A DNA stretch of 64,000 nt from Candidatus Poribacteria bacterium (GCA_965261125.1 CBDHCS010000003.1:460801-524800), one strand, 5' to 3'. Counted from the first letter of the stretch, positions 28,688 to 39,218 are shown. Made by a program: numbers and translations. The notes: generated by a model from the letters alone, not told the origin.

Positions 28688-29875
28688 TTATTCCAACGCC
28701 TTCTTAATGCGATCCAATCCACGATTTATCTCTGTTAAAGAGGTAGCGAAAGAGAGACGCAAATTGTTATCCGCGCCGAAGCCATCACCCGGCACAACAC
28801 CAACACCCGCTGAACCGAGCAGATAATCAGTTATATCCATTGACCCTTCAATCTTTTTACCATCAAGTATTCTGCCGTAGTGTGCAGAAAAATCGGGGAA
28901 GATGTAGAACGCCCCTTGCGGTTTAACGTAGCTCACACCGTCTATGTCATCAAAACGTTCACAGATAACATTGCGGCGCTCCTCAAATGCTTTACGCATC
29001 TCCTCAACGGCATCTTGCGGTTCGTTGAGTGCAGCAACCGCAGCTTTCTGTGCAATAGAGGTTGGATTTGAAGTGCTGTGTGATTGGATACGAGACATTG
29101 CTGAAATCGCATCTTCGGGGCCTGCGGTATACCCGATACGCCAACCTGTCATAGAATACGCTTTGGATACCCCGTTGACGACAAAGGTAATCGCTTTCGT
29201 CTCCTCGTTGAATGACGCAGGACTCTGATGTGTTGCACCGTCATAAAGCAATGCTTCATAGATTTCATCTGAGATGAGATACACTTGATTTTCGACTGCA
29301 AGTGCTGCTATCTGTTTGAGCGTTTCCACATCATAAGTAGTGCCAGTCGGATTGCTCGGACTGTTAATCAGTATTGCTTTTGTTTTTGGTGTTATCGCTG
29401 CTTCCACCTGATCGGGTTGCATGCAGAAGTTCTGTTCGGCTGTCGTCTCAATGACGCGTGGAACAGCACCTGCCAATTTAATCTGCTGCGGATAACTTAC
29501 CCAATACGGTGCAGCGAAGATAACTTCATCGTCCGGATCGCATATCGCTTGCATGATGTTATAGAGGGTGTGTTTTGCCCCACACGAAACGATGACTTGA
29601 GATGTTGTATAATCCAGGCCGTTATCTTTTTTGAATTTGTCCACGATTGCTTCTCGGAGTTCGGGAATACCGGGGACGGGTGTGTATTTTGTGAATCCAG
29701 CATTGAGTGCATCAATTGCGGCGGCTTTGATATAGTCAGGTGTATCAAAATCGGGTTCGCCTGCCCCGAATTTGACGACATCTACGCCATCGGCGATCAT
29801 CGCGTTGATTTTCGCGGTGATCGCTAAGGTTGATGATGGTGTTACGTTTAGACTTCGTTGTGATAGTGAAATCAT
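28688..29875 (-). CDS. class I PLP aminotransferase (aspartate/aromatic-type)
   Basis: 395 aa with NGVSKAYSMTGWRIGY around the PLP-lysine and an NPTG motif. Confidence 0.88.
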   Translation of the reverse strand: MISLSQRSLNVTPSSTLAITAKINAMIADGVDVVKFGAGEPDFDTPDYIKAAAIDALNAGFTKYTPVPGIPELREAIVDKFKKDNGLDYTTSQVIVSCGAKHTLYNIMQAICDPDDEVIFAAPYWVSYPQQIKLAGAVPRVIETTAEQNFCMQPDQVEAAITPKTKAILINSPSNPTGTTYDVETLKQIAALAVENQVYLISDEIYEALLYDGATHQSPASFNEETKAITFVVNGVSKAYSMTGWRIGYTAGPEDAISAMSRIQSHSTSNPTSIAQKAAVAALNEPQDAVEEMRKAFEERRNVICERFDDIDGVSYVKPQGAFYIFPDFSAHYGRILDGKKIEGSMDITDYLLGSAGVGVVPGDGFGADNNLRLSFATSLTEINRGLDRIKKALE

Positions 29876-29955
29876 TAGTTCTCCTTACTTTTGGGTTTAT
29901 GCTAAAGTCTCATTTTAGCTCAGCATGTTGATGGCACTGTGCCTCAACATATCAA

Positions 29956-31758
29956 TTATTCTGCACTGATAAACTTCCTCAAATTCTCTAACGTTTTTTC
30001 GGCAATACCATGGATCTTAGTGATATCTTCCACAGAATCAAATTTTCCATGCTTTTCGCGGTACTCAATAATATCTTGTGCTTTTGCTGGTCCGATGCCC
30101 GGGAGCGTTTGAAGTTCTTTAATAGAAGCAGTATTGATATTGAGAAGTTCGGAAATAGGTTTTAGCGGCGGAGGTTCTGGTTCAATCGGATTCTTAACGT
30201 CTGAATTCTGCGGAGGTAGTTTCTCCGAGTCAGATTCCTGGGGCTTTTCAGTTATCTGTTCTCGCAAATCTGCGATTTCACTTTCCAGTTTGGAGTTCTT
30301 ACTGGTGTATTCCTCAAGTTGCTTATCCTTTTCAGTTATTTGCTCTTGCAATGCTTGTTTTTCATTTGCAAGCGTTTCGATTTTATTTCTCAGTTGTGAA
30401 ATGGCTTTGGTGTTATCCTGAATTTGTGTATTTTTTTCAGTTAATCGTGTGTTATCATGTTTCAGTTGGGTGATGATCCTGGTGTTGTCCCGAATTTGCC
30501 TGTTCTTTTCATCTAACTGCATTATCAGAACTGTAAGACAAATACACAAAGCCACACCTAATACACCGGTAATGTATTGCCAAAGACGTGGCGCGGGATT
30601 TGAGGGAATAGGTAGCGGAGTTGGATTCGGATTTGGTTGTTCAGGAAAAGGCTGTGCTTTTTCGTCCCTTACCATCGTCTCAAAGTCAGAACGGGTGATC
30701 TCGGTAAATTTACCTTTTCCAAGATTCTTAAGAAAAGTCCATCCATTAGGGTCTGTATCATCGGCAAATAAACCTAATGTAGTGCCGCTTGCATTGAGAT
30801 AAGATTCTAGCTGATCTATCCCGCTGGTTCCATCATATCCAATGTGTTTGCACTCCGCAATGACAGATAATTTGTTCTTACTATCCTTTAACACAACATC
30901 TGCTCGACCTTGCTTAGCCCCGAATTGGATCGGATATTCCTGTTTTGTAGAAAAATCCTTAAACCTATTGAAATAACGCATGACTGCCCCGACGACAATC
31001 CCCTCATGCTCAACTTGGGCATAATGACACATAGGACACAATTCATAATTGGTGTCATGGCACTGATTACACTGATTACAACGAGTTATTGGCGGGTCTG
31101 CTAAAACCTCCGGAACACGTACTATATCCGCAGAATTGTTAATAATGATCTGATATGTGTTTCTGGCTGAGAAGATTTTGAAATTCCCTTTTACGCTTAC
31201 TTCCTCGCCTTCTGTCAAAGGAAAAGGCAAGTTATTTGCAATTGACGGAGGGAGTGAACATTCAATGCTGTTACTTAGTGTCTCATTTGCTGTTGCGGTT
31301 TTGAGCTTAAAATTAGTCCAACCCGTATTTGCTTCATAGATATCTGAAATTTGCCCTTGTCCTTCTCCCAAATGATCCGCTACGGTATTTTCTAATACCT
31401 CTGTTAGAGCGGCAACAGAAACAGATTGATTTGGTAAGGGATTTTCAGGCAGATTTATATCTGTAACCTTAAACCGATATTCGCTGCTAACTCCATAGAT
31501 AAAAATCTGTCCTTTGATATATACACCACTTCCTTCTGAAGGCAAATCTGTTTGGAGAGATGTTCCATTGTCAAAAATGACACAATCAATTTTTTCATTG
31601 CTATCCTTGATCGTAAAATTGAGCGGGCCATTTTGTATAGATCTGATATTTGAAATTTTACCACGTATCCAGACATCTTGTAGATCAGAATTAGCCTGTA
31701 CAATGTCTATTAAGTGCTGCGTAATCTCGCTAACATTTGACATACATATCCCTTTCAT
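29956..31758 (-). CDS. membrane protein: XseA-like OB-fold + Zn ribbon + PD-(D/E)XK nuclease-like domain, TM, coiled coil, C-terminal ComEA helix-hairpin-helix
   Basis: The start is uncertain: the ORF track extends to 31845, and candidate ATGs lie at 31758 and 31743. The OB-fold segment (WIRGKISNIRSIQNGPLNFTIKD...IDCVIFD) resembles the ExoVII large-subunit N-terminus. A CNQCNQCHD...CPMCH motif and a GRADVVLKD...IAECK nuclease triad follow. The C-terminal ComEA motif reads NINTASIKELQTLPGIGPAKAQDIIEYRE. Confidence 0.7.
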   Translation of the reverse strand: MKGICMSNVSEITQHLIDIVQANSDLQDVWIRGKISNIRSIQNGPLNFTIKDSNEKIDCVIFDNGTSLQTDLPSEGSGVYIKGQIFIYGVSSEYRFKVTDINLPENPLPNQSVSVAALTEVLENTVADHLGEGQGQISDIYEANTGWTNFKLKTATANETLSNSIECSLPPSIANNLPFPLTEGEEVSVKGNFKIFSARNTYQIIINNSADIVRVPEVLADPPITRCNQCNQCHDTNYELCPMCHYAQVEHEGIVVGAVMRYFNRFKDFSTKQEYPIQFGAKQGRADVVLKDSKNKLSVIAECKHIGYDGTSGIDQLESYLNASGTTLGLFADDTDPNGWTFLKNLGKGKFTEITRSDFETMVRDEKAQPFPEQPNPNPTPLPIPSNPAPRLWQYITGVLGVALCICLTVLIMQLDEKNRQIRDNTRIITQLKHDNTRLTEKNTQIQDNTKAISQLRNKIETLANEKQALQEQITEKDKQLEEYTSKNSKLESEIADLREQITEKPQESDSEKLPPQNSDVKNPIEPEPPPLKPISELLNINTASIKELQTLPGIGPAKAQDIIEYREKHGKFDSVEDITKIHGIAEKTLENLRKFISAE

Positions 31759-31850
31759 ATTATCTGATACTACAACTAATTGAAGTACAAAAAAAATTTT
31801 CTTCTTAACGTTATCCCTATTTGTGTTACTTACGAAAAGACTCAATTCCC

Positions 31851-32075
31851 CTATGATGCCAAAATGCGTTTAAATTCATCAAGGTTGGGCACCTGAACTG
31901 CCTCACGTAGCAACTGCTTGAGGGACTGTAATTCTTCAATGTTCTCAAGCGCAGGTTTTAACATTTGCACATCATTAGGTTGAAAGCGTACATCTAACAC
32001 ATTAAGTATATTCTCAATGTTAGCCTTTCTTTCAGCTTTCTCCGAATAGTATTGTATAACAGATGATTGTTGCAT
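31851..32075 (-). CDS. small DUF4351-like protein
   Basis: 74 aa, 5 bp upstream of the nuclease-ComEA gene. The pattern ILNVLDVRF...LENIEELQSLKQLL...LDEFKRIL resembles the DUF4351 C-terminal module of PD-(D/E)XK proteins. This assignment is from memory. Confidence 0.45.
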   Translation of the reverse strand: MQQSSVIQYYSEKAERKANIENILNVLDVRFQPNDVQMLKPALENIEELQSLKQLLREAVQVPNLDEFKRILAS

Positions 32076-32184
32076 GGTTTCCTCCGAATAAATATTACGA
32101 ATATCTTGAAAATCAAAAAACCCCGTTGTTACCCAAAAACGATTTCATATCTCCACAAGCAACTGGTTCTATAACGGTTTATTT

Positions 32185-34155
32185 CTAATTACCTCTCCGA
32201 ATTTCGTCAATCAATTTTTGTACTTCAATAACGGCTCTCGGCGGATTTTGCAATTTCTCACCGATAGACAAAATTAACATATAATACTCGTAAGCGGTTT
32301 GGAGATCACCGATGAGATGTGCGCTTTCAGCAGCATTAAAATAACAAACAGTCGCAGAAGATTCGCACTTTTCAACATCCAGACTCATCTGGGCAAAACG
32401 GTAATTGTCGGCAGCAAAAATGTATGACATACCAGCTTCAATCCATGCGCGTTGCATTTCTAATTGTCGTGCCAGATGAACGTAGTACGCAGCTCCATTT
32501 CTTGCGTTTTTTCTTGCACTCCGTTGTTTTTGTGCAGCTGCGTAAGCAAATCGCGCGCGTGTATAACAATTCGCGACGAGTTCTATTTCGTCCATCCGAA
32601 TAAACCGTCTGGCGTGTCTGTGATAAAAAGCGCCGAGTCTTTTATACTGCCCAAGGCATCCACGGGCGTTTTCTTGTTGCATAAAAATTTGTGCTTGTTG
32701 GTAGATATACGCTGCTTCTTCCTCATGTGGATACTGTATATCTTCGTGAACTTTATCCAATAAAAATTCAGGTGAAGCTTCTTCTATTAAGACACGGTAA
32801 TTGTCTACTTGTTGTGCCTCAGTTTTAGGAAAAGAAATTGTATCTAATTCCCCCTGGTAAACTTCGGGAGGCTCCGGAAAAACTTCAGGTTCAGCCTCGG
32901 TTTCCGATATGCTTAACGTATTAAATAGGTTTGTTTTTTCTGTTTCAGGGAGTGCCTCAATCAGTGCAGCAATCTCCTGAACTGTTGGGGCATTCGGCAG
33001 CGATTTTGCTGTGCTTGCTTCCTTGAAGAGTGTATCTGCTTGGGCAACAAGTTCTGCATCCTGTAGGCAGAGGTCATGTGCCTTATGGAGTTCTCGAAGT
33101 GTGTCATCTATGGCTCCGGTGCGTGCATATTTAATCGCTTCGGTGTAGTGTTGTCTAAGTCGTATCTTAACACGTTCGCGGTTCTCTTTCTCGTCTTTGC
33201 TGCGCATCTCAAAAAAGAGGTTCTGGTTGATAAACTCGGCAACATCAATTTCTAATCGGAAAGTCTTTCGACAACGTTCAAGTGCGCTCGCTAATTCAGT
33301 TGCGGGGGAATTAGCACTTTCTGCAATAAGGACAGAGGCTTGTTGTTCGTATTGCCAGCGGCGAATGCGGTCAAGTTCTTCGTACATTTCAGATGCTGTT
33401 TGGTAACGTTTATCCACATCTCGATGAAGTGCTTTTAGCGAAAAATTCCGGAATTCCTCTGGGCATTTTTCGAGGTTCTCTATTTCACCCGATGCTTTCT
33501 TTCTATCGATTTCATCGGCTTCGCCAGAAAAAGGGAATTGTTTTGTGAGTGCCTCATAAAGCACTAAACCTGTAGCATACAAATCCGCACGAAAATCGTA
33601 AGCACCGTAGTGTTGCTCTGGTGCCATATAGCGTCGGGTACCGGTCATAGTTACAGCGAATTCGGTTGTTTCACCAAAAATACGTGCGATACTAAAGTCT
33701 GCTATTTTTGCTTCTTTTTCGGGAGTGAGTAGTATATTTTGTGGTTTAATATCACGGTGTAGGATATTGTGGGCATGCGCAGCTTTTAAACCGTTGCATA
33801 TATCTAAACCAATATTAAGAACATCATTTAATGTTAAATCTCCTTGTTGAACAAGTTGATTTAGATTAGTTCCATCAATATATTCCATAACTATCCAGGC
33901 AAGGCAGTTATCTTTCCCGGGTTCAACAGTATGGATTGAGACAATATTAGGATGTCCCCATATATTTGACATTGCTTGAAGTTCGGTTAAAAGATAGCGC
34001 ATTCTGTCCGCTGGATAAGCATCTTTGGAAAGTGCTTTGATCGCAACGATGCGGTCCGTCATCTCTTCGCGCGCACGAAAAACAGACGAAAAACTGCCTG
34101 AACTGAGATACTCAAGCAACCTATATTTACCTAATATCAATTCGTTAATCTTCAT
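32185..34155 (-). CDS. Hanks-type Ser/Thr protein kinase with helical/TPR-like C-terminal region
   Basis: The kinase domain has HRDIKPQNILL, DFS, GTRRYMAPEQ, and K in VAIK. About 350 aa of helical repeats follow. Confidence 0.88.
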   Translation of the reverse strand: MKINELILGKYRLLEYLSSGSFSSVFRAREEMTDRIVAIKALSKDAYPADRMRYLLTELQAMSNIWGHPNIVSIHTVEPGKDNCLAWIVMEYIDGTNLNQLVQQGDLTLNDVLNIGLDICNGLKAAHAHNILHRDIKPQNILLTPEKEAKIADFSIARIFGETTEFAVTMTGTRRYMAPEQHYGAYDFRADLYATGLVLYEALTKQFPFSGEADEIDRKKASGEIENLEKCPEEFRNFSLKALHRDVDKRYQTASEMYEELDRIRRWQYEQQASVLIAESANSPATELASALERCRKTFRLEIDVAEFINQNLFFEMRSKDEKENRERVKIRLRQHYTEAIKYARTGAIDDTLRELHKAHDLCLQDAELVAQADTLFKEASTAKSLPNAPTVQEIAALIEALPETEKTNLFNTLSISETEAEPEVFPEPPEVYQGELDTISFPKTEAQQVDNYRVLIEEASPEFLLDKVHEDIQYPHEEEAAYIYQQAQIFMQQENARGCLGQYKRLGAFYHRHARRFIRMDEIELVANCYTRARFAYAAAQKQRSARKNARNGAAYYVHLARQLEMQRAWIEAGMSYIFAADNYRFAQMSLDVEKCESSATVCYFNAAESAHLIGDLQTAYEYYMLILSIGEKLQNPPRAVIEVQKLIDEIRRGN

Positions 34156-34320
34156 AACGATTATTCGCTAAGTTATATCTCGCTTTTAACAAATTTCTGC
34201 GGGGTTTATTGTTTCTGTTTTAAAATTAGCAAAGATAAAATCAACTGTCAACGTTAAAATGGTATTAATACGGTTATATTGCGTGAGCTATGTATAACCT
34301 AAGTTGCTACCTTGTCTTAC

Positions 34321-34430
34321 AATCTGTTAGATTGGGTTTCCTGCCCGGGTGCAAACTGAATTGGGACGAAATCTTGCGAAAAATGGATCATGCTCTATAA
34401 AAAACGGTGGTTTGCACGCCGAAAATCTTG
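34321..34430 (+). ncRNA. candidate non-coding element A (paralog of 53423-53540)
   Basis: About 110 bp beginning AATCTGTTAGATTGGGTT and ending AAAAACGGTGGTTTGCACGCCGAAAATCTTG. It aligns at about 75% with the copy at 53423. It lies in the 5' region of a + strand gene. Confidence 0.35.
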
Positions 34431-34669
34431 TAGGTGGTAATTTGAGTTATAACAGAAGATGTGTACAAGTAGAAAATGATGCATGCTTCAATTCTATTAA
34501 CTTAACCTATTCCTGCAAAATTGTCAAGTGTTTTCGAAATGTCAAAGGACAACCGCAAAATTCTGTTGACAGATTGTGAGACTCTACTATAAGATAAAGC
34601 CTATAAGCAACTATAGATACGTGCCCCGCTATCCAAAATCTGTTTTCGGGGCTTAGAAGGAGCATTACA

Positions 34670-35548
34670 ATGCCCAAACGGGTTAATAAAGCGATTGAAT
34701 TGTTAGAAGTGGATCAGCCGGTTTTCTATACAGGAAGTCACACAACTTCAGACTTGAATTATGATGCAGGGCGCGCGATGGCAAAAACGTGGGCTGACTA
34801 CATCAACATCGGTATGGAACACGGTTGTTTTGATCTGTCCGGATTAGATAGTTACATGCGCGGGCTGGCAGATGGTGGTCCCACAAATAGCGGACACAAA
34901 ACACCCGCAGTGATCGTTGAGTTACCGGTAGATGGCATAAGTGCAGATGTAATTCGCGCGAACGGATGGCAGATGCGACAACTACTGGCACGCGGTGTGC
35001 ATGGGCTACTGCTCTGTCACGCAGAATCACCGGAGGCAGTCAAAGCGTTTGTAGAGGTATGCCGTTATCCATTCCAAACAATCGGCGTAGGAACGCAATT
35101 GGATGTCGGTAGACGCGGTTCAGCCGGACAAGGACCTGCCTCGCATATCTGGGGTGTTTCTGTCGACCAATATCTTGATACTGCTGACCCTTGGCCTCTG
35201 AATCCAGACGGTGAACTGCTCCTCGGTTTGAAATTTGAAAATAAGCGCGCATTAGCCAACGTTGAAATGACTGCTCGGGTACCAGGAATCGCCTTTGCGG
35301 AATGGGGTCCGGGTGATATGAGCATGTCATTTGGCTATAAACATCAACCGAACCCACGCCCACAGGAATTGCAGGACGCGAGAGATCGCGTTTTTGCAGC
35401 ATGCCAATCGGCAGGTCTAAAGTTTTTGGAAAGCGCATCGCCAGAGACGATTGAGGCAAGTATTGATGCGGGCGTGAGAATCTGTGGCTCAGGTGAAGAA
35501 ACTGCACGTATCGGACGCGCTTATGCTGGCAGGACTATGCTTGTCTAA
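34670..35548 (+). CDS. HpcH/HpaI-family aldolase-like protein
   Basis: 292 aa with a GAAGGAG ribosome-binding site. The IGMEHG motif parallels the ID(M)EHG catalytic region of 2-keto-3-deoxy-acid aldolases. Confidence 0.55.
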   Translation: MPKRVNKAIELLEVDQPVFYTGSHTTSDLNYDAGRAMAKTWADYINIGMEHGCFDLSGLDSYMRGLADGGPTNSGHKTPAVIVELPVDGISADVIRANGWQMRQLLARGVHGLLLCHAESPEAVKAFVEVCRYPFQTIGVGTQLDVGRRGSAGQGPASHIWGVSVDQYLDTADPWPLNPDGELLLGLKFENKRALANVEMTARVPGIAFAEWGPGDMSMSFGYKHQPNPRPQELQDARDRVFAACQSAGLKFLESASPETIEASIDAGVRICGSGEETARIGRAYAGRTMLV

Positions 35549-35584
35549 TTGAACTGAAAAACCTTCTAAAATATGAGGTCCACT

Positions 35585-36319
35585 ATGGCATTAACAGAAC
35601 AAGAAATGTTAGCAGAATTGCGTAAATACGATACACCGTCAATAACAAATGTTGTGGCTACTTATCCGGGGAATCCACTTTGTCTTGGGCTTTATAATCC
35701 GTGGACAGAAAACTGGTACACAGATACCACTATCCGTTGTATGTATCCTGAGTTAGGTGCAATTGCAGGATATGCGGTGACGTGTGTTTACGGCTTACCC
35801 GATCCGAACTATTCCGAACTCTCTTTTATGGATGTGGTTGATGCGTTAGATGCATCTAAAAAACCGACAATTCTGGCGTTGCAGCAAAAATTTCCACCTG
35901 AATTGGCAAACAAAGTAGGGTTAGCAGGTGGCAATATGACAGCTGCAATGAAGTCTCTGGGGTGTTTAGGTGTAATTTCAAACGGTCCTTCGCGAGACAT
36001 TGATGAAATTCGCCCAATGGAATTTCAGTATCTGTTGAGTGGGATTTCGCCTGGGCACGGTGCGATGGCAGTCCAATCTGTCAATGTTCCAGTTTCTATA
36101 GCAGGAATGGATGTGGCACCAGGTGAGATTATCCACATGGACGAAAACGGGGCATGTAAGTTTCCAGGAGATAAGTTGGAAGCAGTGTTGACAAATGTCA
36201 AGGCTTTGTTGAAAGAGGAAGGTGACCGAATTGGGCAGTTGTTATCAGGTCCAAAAACGGCAAAACAGGTTCGGGCAATTTTTAGTGGGCATTCTTACGC
36301 TGAAGATGAGGATGAATAG
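35585..36319 (+). CDS. RraA-family protein (putative 4-hydroxy-2-oxoacid aldolase / demethylmenaquinone methyltransferase-like fold)
   Basis: About 245 aa. It has a Gly-rich GLAGGNMTAAMKSLGCLGVISNGPSRDIDEI segment and a GEIIHMDENGA motif typical of the family. Confidence 0.55.
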   Translation: MALTEQEMLAELRKYDTPSITNVVATYPGNPLCLGLYNPWTENWYTDTTIRCMYPELGAIAGYAVTCVYGLPDPNYSELSFMDVVDALDASKKPTILALQQKFPPELANKVGLAGGNMTAAMKSLGCLGVISNGPSRDIDEIRPMEFQYLLSGISPGHGAMAVQSVNVPVSIAGMDVAPGEIIHMDENGACKFPGDKLEAVLTNVKALLKEEGDRIGQLLSGPKTAKQVRAIFSGHSYAEDEDE

Positions 36320-36470
36320 GACACAGTAGGTTAGGTCCTCCCGCTTCCCGCAAACACATTCCCGGTAGGTGAGGTTTCCTAACCTCGCTGGTTCACGATG
36401 TCCAGATAATTGTAAAATCAACTATAGATACTTCTGAGTAGCGAAAACGGATTTATAAATAAGGTGAAAA

Positions 36471-37568
36471 ATGAGAAGTTTTGGAACACGCGGACGCGTT
36501 TATCCCGACAAGCACTATGTTGTGTCGCGTACTGAAGAAATTAGGGATTTTATCAATCGCATTAAGGATGGAAGGTACATTGTCCTCTTTGCACCGCGCC
36601 AAACAGGCAAAACTTCCTTTTTCCGATTCGCTGCTGAGGCACTCACAACCAAAGATCAAAACTATTTTCCAGTTCAACTAAATTTTGAAGAGTATAAAAA
36701 CCTCGATGATACAAGCTTTTACTCATCCTTCCACAGAGAATTGTGCAGAGAACTTGAGAGGGGTATTCAAAGACGCGGTGAGGTTCCTTCTACCGCATTG
36801 GAACAATTATTGACCGAACCAAGAATAACCGATCATATTTCAATGCGATACTTTTTTGAAAACCTTACAAATTTTCTGAATTTGCATTACAAAATGGATA
36901 CGAAAGTTGCCCTCATCATTGACGAATTTGATGGCATTCCACAATCCGTTGTGAGTGATTTTCTTCATTCGCTCCGCCACATCTATTTATCTGACGAACT
37001 GCAATGCCCACACAGTGTTAGCATTGTCGGGGTTAAGAGTATTACGCAACTCAACTATGATCGTTCCATCTCACCTTTTAATGTCCAAGATGAGTTCAAC
37101 TTACAGAATTTCAGTTTGCAACAAGTAGACGAATTGCTCTCGCAATGGACAGATGAAGTAGGGCAAGCGTTTGACTCAGAAGTCATCGCAACACTCCATA
37201 AACAGACAGCCGGACAACCGTTCCTCGTCAACCGTTTTGCACAGATTCTCACAGAGGAATTAGACATCCCGAAAACAGAAACAATACGGATGGAACACTT
37301 TTTAACTGCCCATGAACAGATGCTTGAAGAGCAGAATACCAACATCCAGCATCTTCTAACAAATGTTCGTAGAGACCGACGGTTTGAAAAACTACTCATG
37401 AGAATTACCTCCTATGAAAGAGGACTGCCGTTCACCCTTGATAACGAAATCATCAATGAACTTGTTATGTACGGTGTAATTAAAAAAGGCGATGACAGAA
37501 TGTGTGAAGTAGCCAATCCTATTTATCAACACCGAATCATGCAAGCATTTAAACCGAAGAAGGCATGA
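36471..37568 (+). CDS. P-loop AAA-type ATPase, uncharacterised
   Basis: 365 aa with an AAGGTG ribosome-binding site, Walker A (APRQTGKTSF) and Walker B (ALIIDEFD). Confidence 0.65.
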   Translation: MRSFGTRGRVYPDKHYVVSRTEEIRDFINRIKDGRYIVLFAPRQTGKTSFFRFAAEALTTKDQNYFPVQLNFEEYKNLDDTSFYSSFHRELCRELERGIQRRGEVPSTALEQLLTEPRITDHISMRYFFENLTNFLNLHYKMDTKVALIIDEFDGIPQSVVSDFLHSLRHIYLSDELQCPHSVSIVGVKSITQLNYDRSISPFNVQDEFNLQNFSLQQVDELLSQWTDEVGQAFDSEVIATLHKQTAGQPFLVNRFAQILTEELDIPKTETIRMEHFLTAHEQMLEEQNTNIQHLLTNVRRDRRFEKLLMRITSYERGLPFTLDNEIINELVMYGVIKKGDDRMCEVANPIYQHRIMQAFKPKKA

Positions 37569-37609
37569 CAGTTTGAATTTACATCATTCCTGTACCTCAG
37601 GAAAAACCT

Positions 37610-38881
37610 TCATCGGTTTCCTGATTCTGAGGAAGTGTGTCGTGCCTGCCATAGCCACCAGAGTATCGCTGGAATCAACGGAAGGGCAGTCATTCCCCAT
37701 AGAACAGTCTGCACGCCAAAGGTATCCAGCATTGCCCCGACAGTCGCTGCAGCGATTCCGCCCATAAGCGTGAAAAGAGCAAACTCAGTGCCAAAGATAC
37801 GTCCTCGTATCTCGTTAGGCGCACGTTGAAGGAGCAGTTGCGTTGAAAATACCCAAGCGATTCCGCCACCAACACCTCGAATGAACCCTCCAAGGACTAC
37901 AGTTGTTAGACTCAAAAGCGGTGCAGCAATCGCGAGTCCAACTGAGCCAATAAGATAACCGAGACTGATACTTCGGCGAAGCGGTTTGTCACGGTCACCT
38001 GTCCAATATCTTGCGACAATAGGTCCTATCCCGCTGCCAACACCTCCCATGCAATACATCACACCTAAGCTAATTGCGCCATCAATACCGATGACAAAGT
38101 GCGATTTTGCAATCTCAACCTGTGCCACCATAAATCCAGAATACAAAAGAAGTGCTATGGCAGCTTTATGCAGTGCAATGAAGAAAATATCGGGGTGTCT
38201 TGACATGTAGCCGAGTGCTGAAAACTTAGAGCGTCTACCTATCTCCGATTCTGATTCAGAAATGTTCGGCAGTTTAATCTGGAATAGAAGTGCAGCTGAA
38301 ACGAAAAAGGTTAATCCATCAATTATAAAGGCAGTATGCACGCCAAATAGCCCTGCTGTAAATCCACCGATAGCGGCACCAAGCGCAAGCATCACAGACC
38401 AAGTTGTAGCACTCAACGCATTGGCTGTGCCAAGTTCGCGGCGTGAGGTAACATCCGGTAGAATCGCACTACGGGCAGGACTGAAAAAACCGCTTACAGC
38501 AAATAAAAGCATGGTGAGAACATAGAGAAGCAAGATATCCTTTTCGGTTTTAACAAAGAGAAACCCGAAAAGAAGTAGCCCTCGGATGATGTCGGTGATG
38601 ATTAAGATACGCTTACGGTTGAAGCGGTCCGCGCATATCCCAGCGAGCGGTGCTATAAAGAAAGGGGCAAGCATCCGTATCGTAAACAACACCCCTAATG
38701 CTAATCCCGATTCAGTGAGGTTGTGAATCAGGATAGCAGACGCAATGATATTAAACCAATCGCCCAAGAGACTGACAACCTGTCCTGCCCAAAGCCAACG
38801 AAAGTTTGAATTCGTGAGGAGAAGTTCAAAATAACCGACAAGTTTTTCCTGTTTTGTGGTAGCTTCTTCTTTGTTAGACAA
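37610..38881 (-). CDS. MFS transporter
   Basis: 423 aa with about 12 hydrophobic helices and a D-R-x-G-R-K/R-like loop (ADRFNRKR). Confidence 0.85.
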   Translation of the reverse strand: MSNKEEATTKQEKLVGYFELLLTNSNFRWLWAGQVVSLLGDWFNIIASAILIHNLTESGLALGVLFTIRMLAPFFIAPLAGICADRFNRKRILIITDIIRGLLLFGFLFVKTEKDILLLYVLTMLLFAVSGFFSPARSAILPDVTSRRELGTANALSATTWSVMLALGAAIGGFTAGLFGVHTAFIIDGLTFFVSAALLFQIKLPNISESESEIGRRSKFSALGYMSRHPDIFFIALHKAAIALLLYSGFMVAQVEIAKSHFVIGIDGAISLGVMYCMGGVGSGIGPIVARYWTGDRDKPLRRSISLGYLIGSVGLAIAAPLLSLTTVVLGGFIRGVGGGIAWVFSTQLLLQRAPNEIRGRIFGTEFALFTLMGGIAAATVGAMLDTFGVQTVLWGMTALPLIPAILWWLWQARHTSSESGNR

Positions 38882-39218
38882 CTATAATCCCTGATATGTA
38901 GAACTTTCACTTAGACTTTGATATAAAAAACGGAAAGTTGGATAGGACAGATACAATTTTATAACTCAAGTTGCTACAGCACAAGCGGTAGGCGAGATTT
39001 CCTAATCTCGCTGGTGTCCAATGTTCAAGTAATTCTAAAATCTACTATATTTTACGGAAACAGAATAAAATGCTCCAGTTGAATAACAACCAGAGCATTT
39101 TGTTTTACCGAATAAGTTAACCTAATTTGCCACATAGTAGCACAAACTTTTAGTTTGTGCATATTAATCCGCAGACTGAATGAAGATTAATTTATTAATG
39201 TGGTTACGGCAGTAGGTT

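Noticed and set aside
31759-31845. N-terminal extension MSLFVSNTNRDNVKKKIFFVLQLVVVSDN of the nuclease-ComEA gene
   Set aside because: It would overlap the upstream small ORF region. The OB-fold alignment starts after the internal Met residues. The start is therefore placed at 31758 with reduced confidence.
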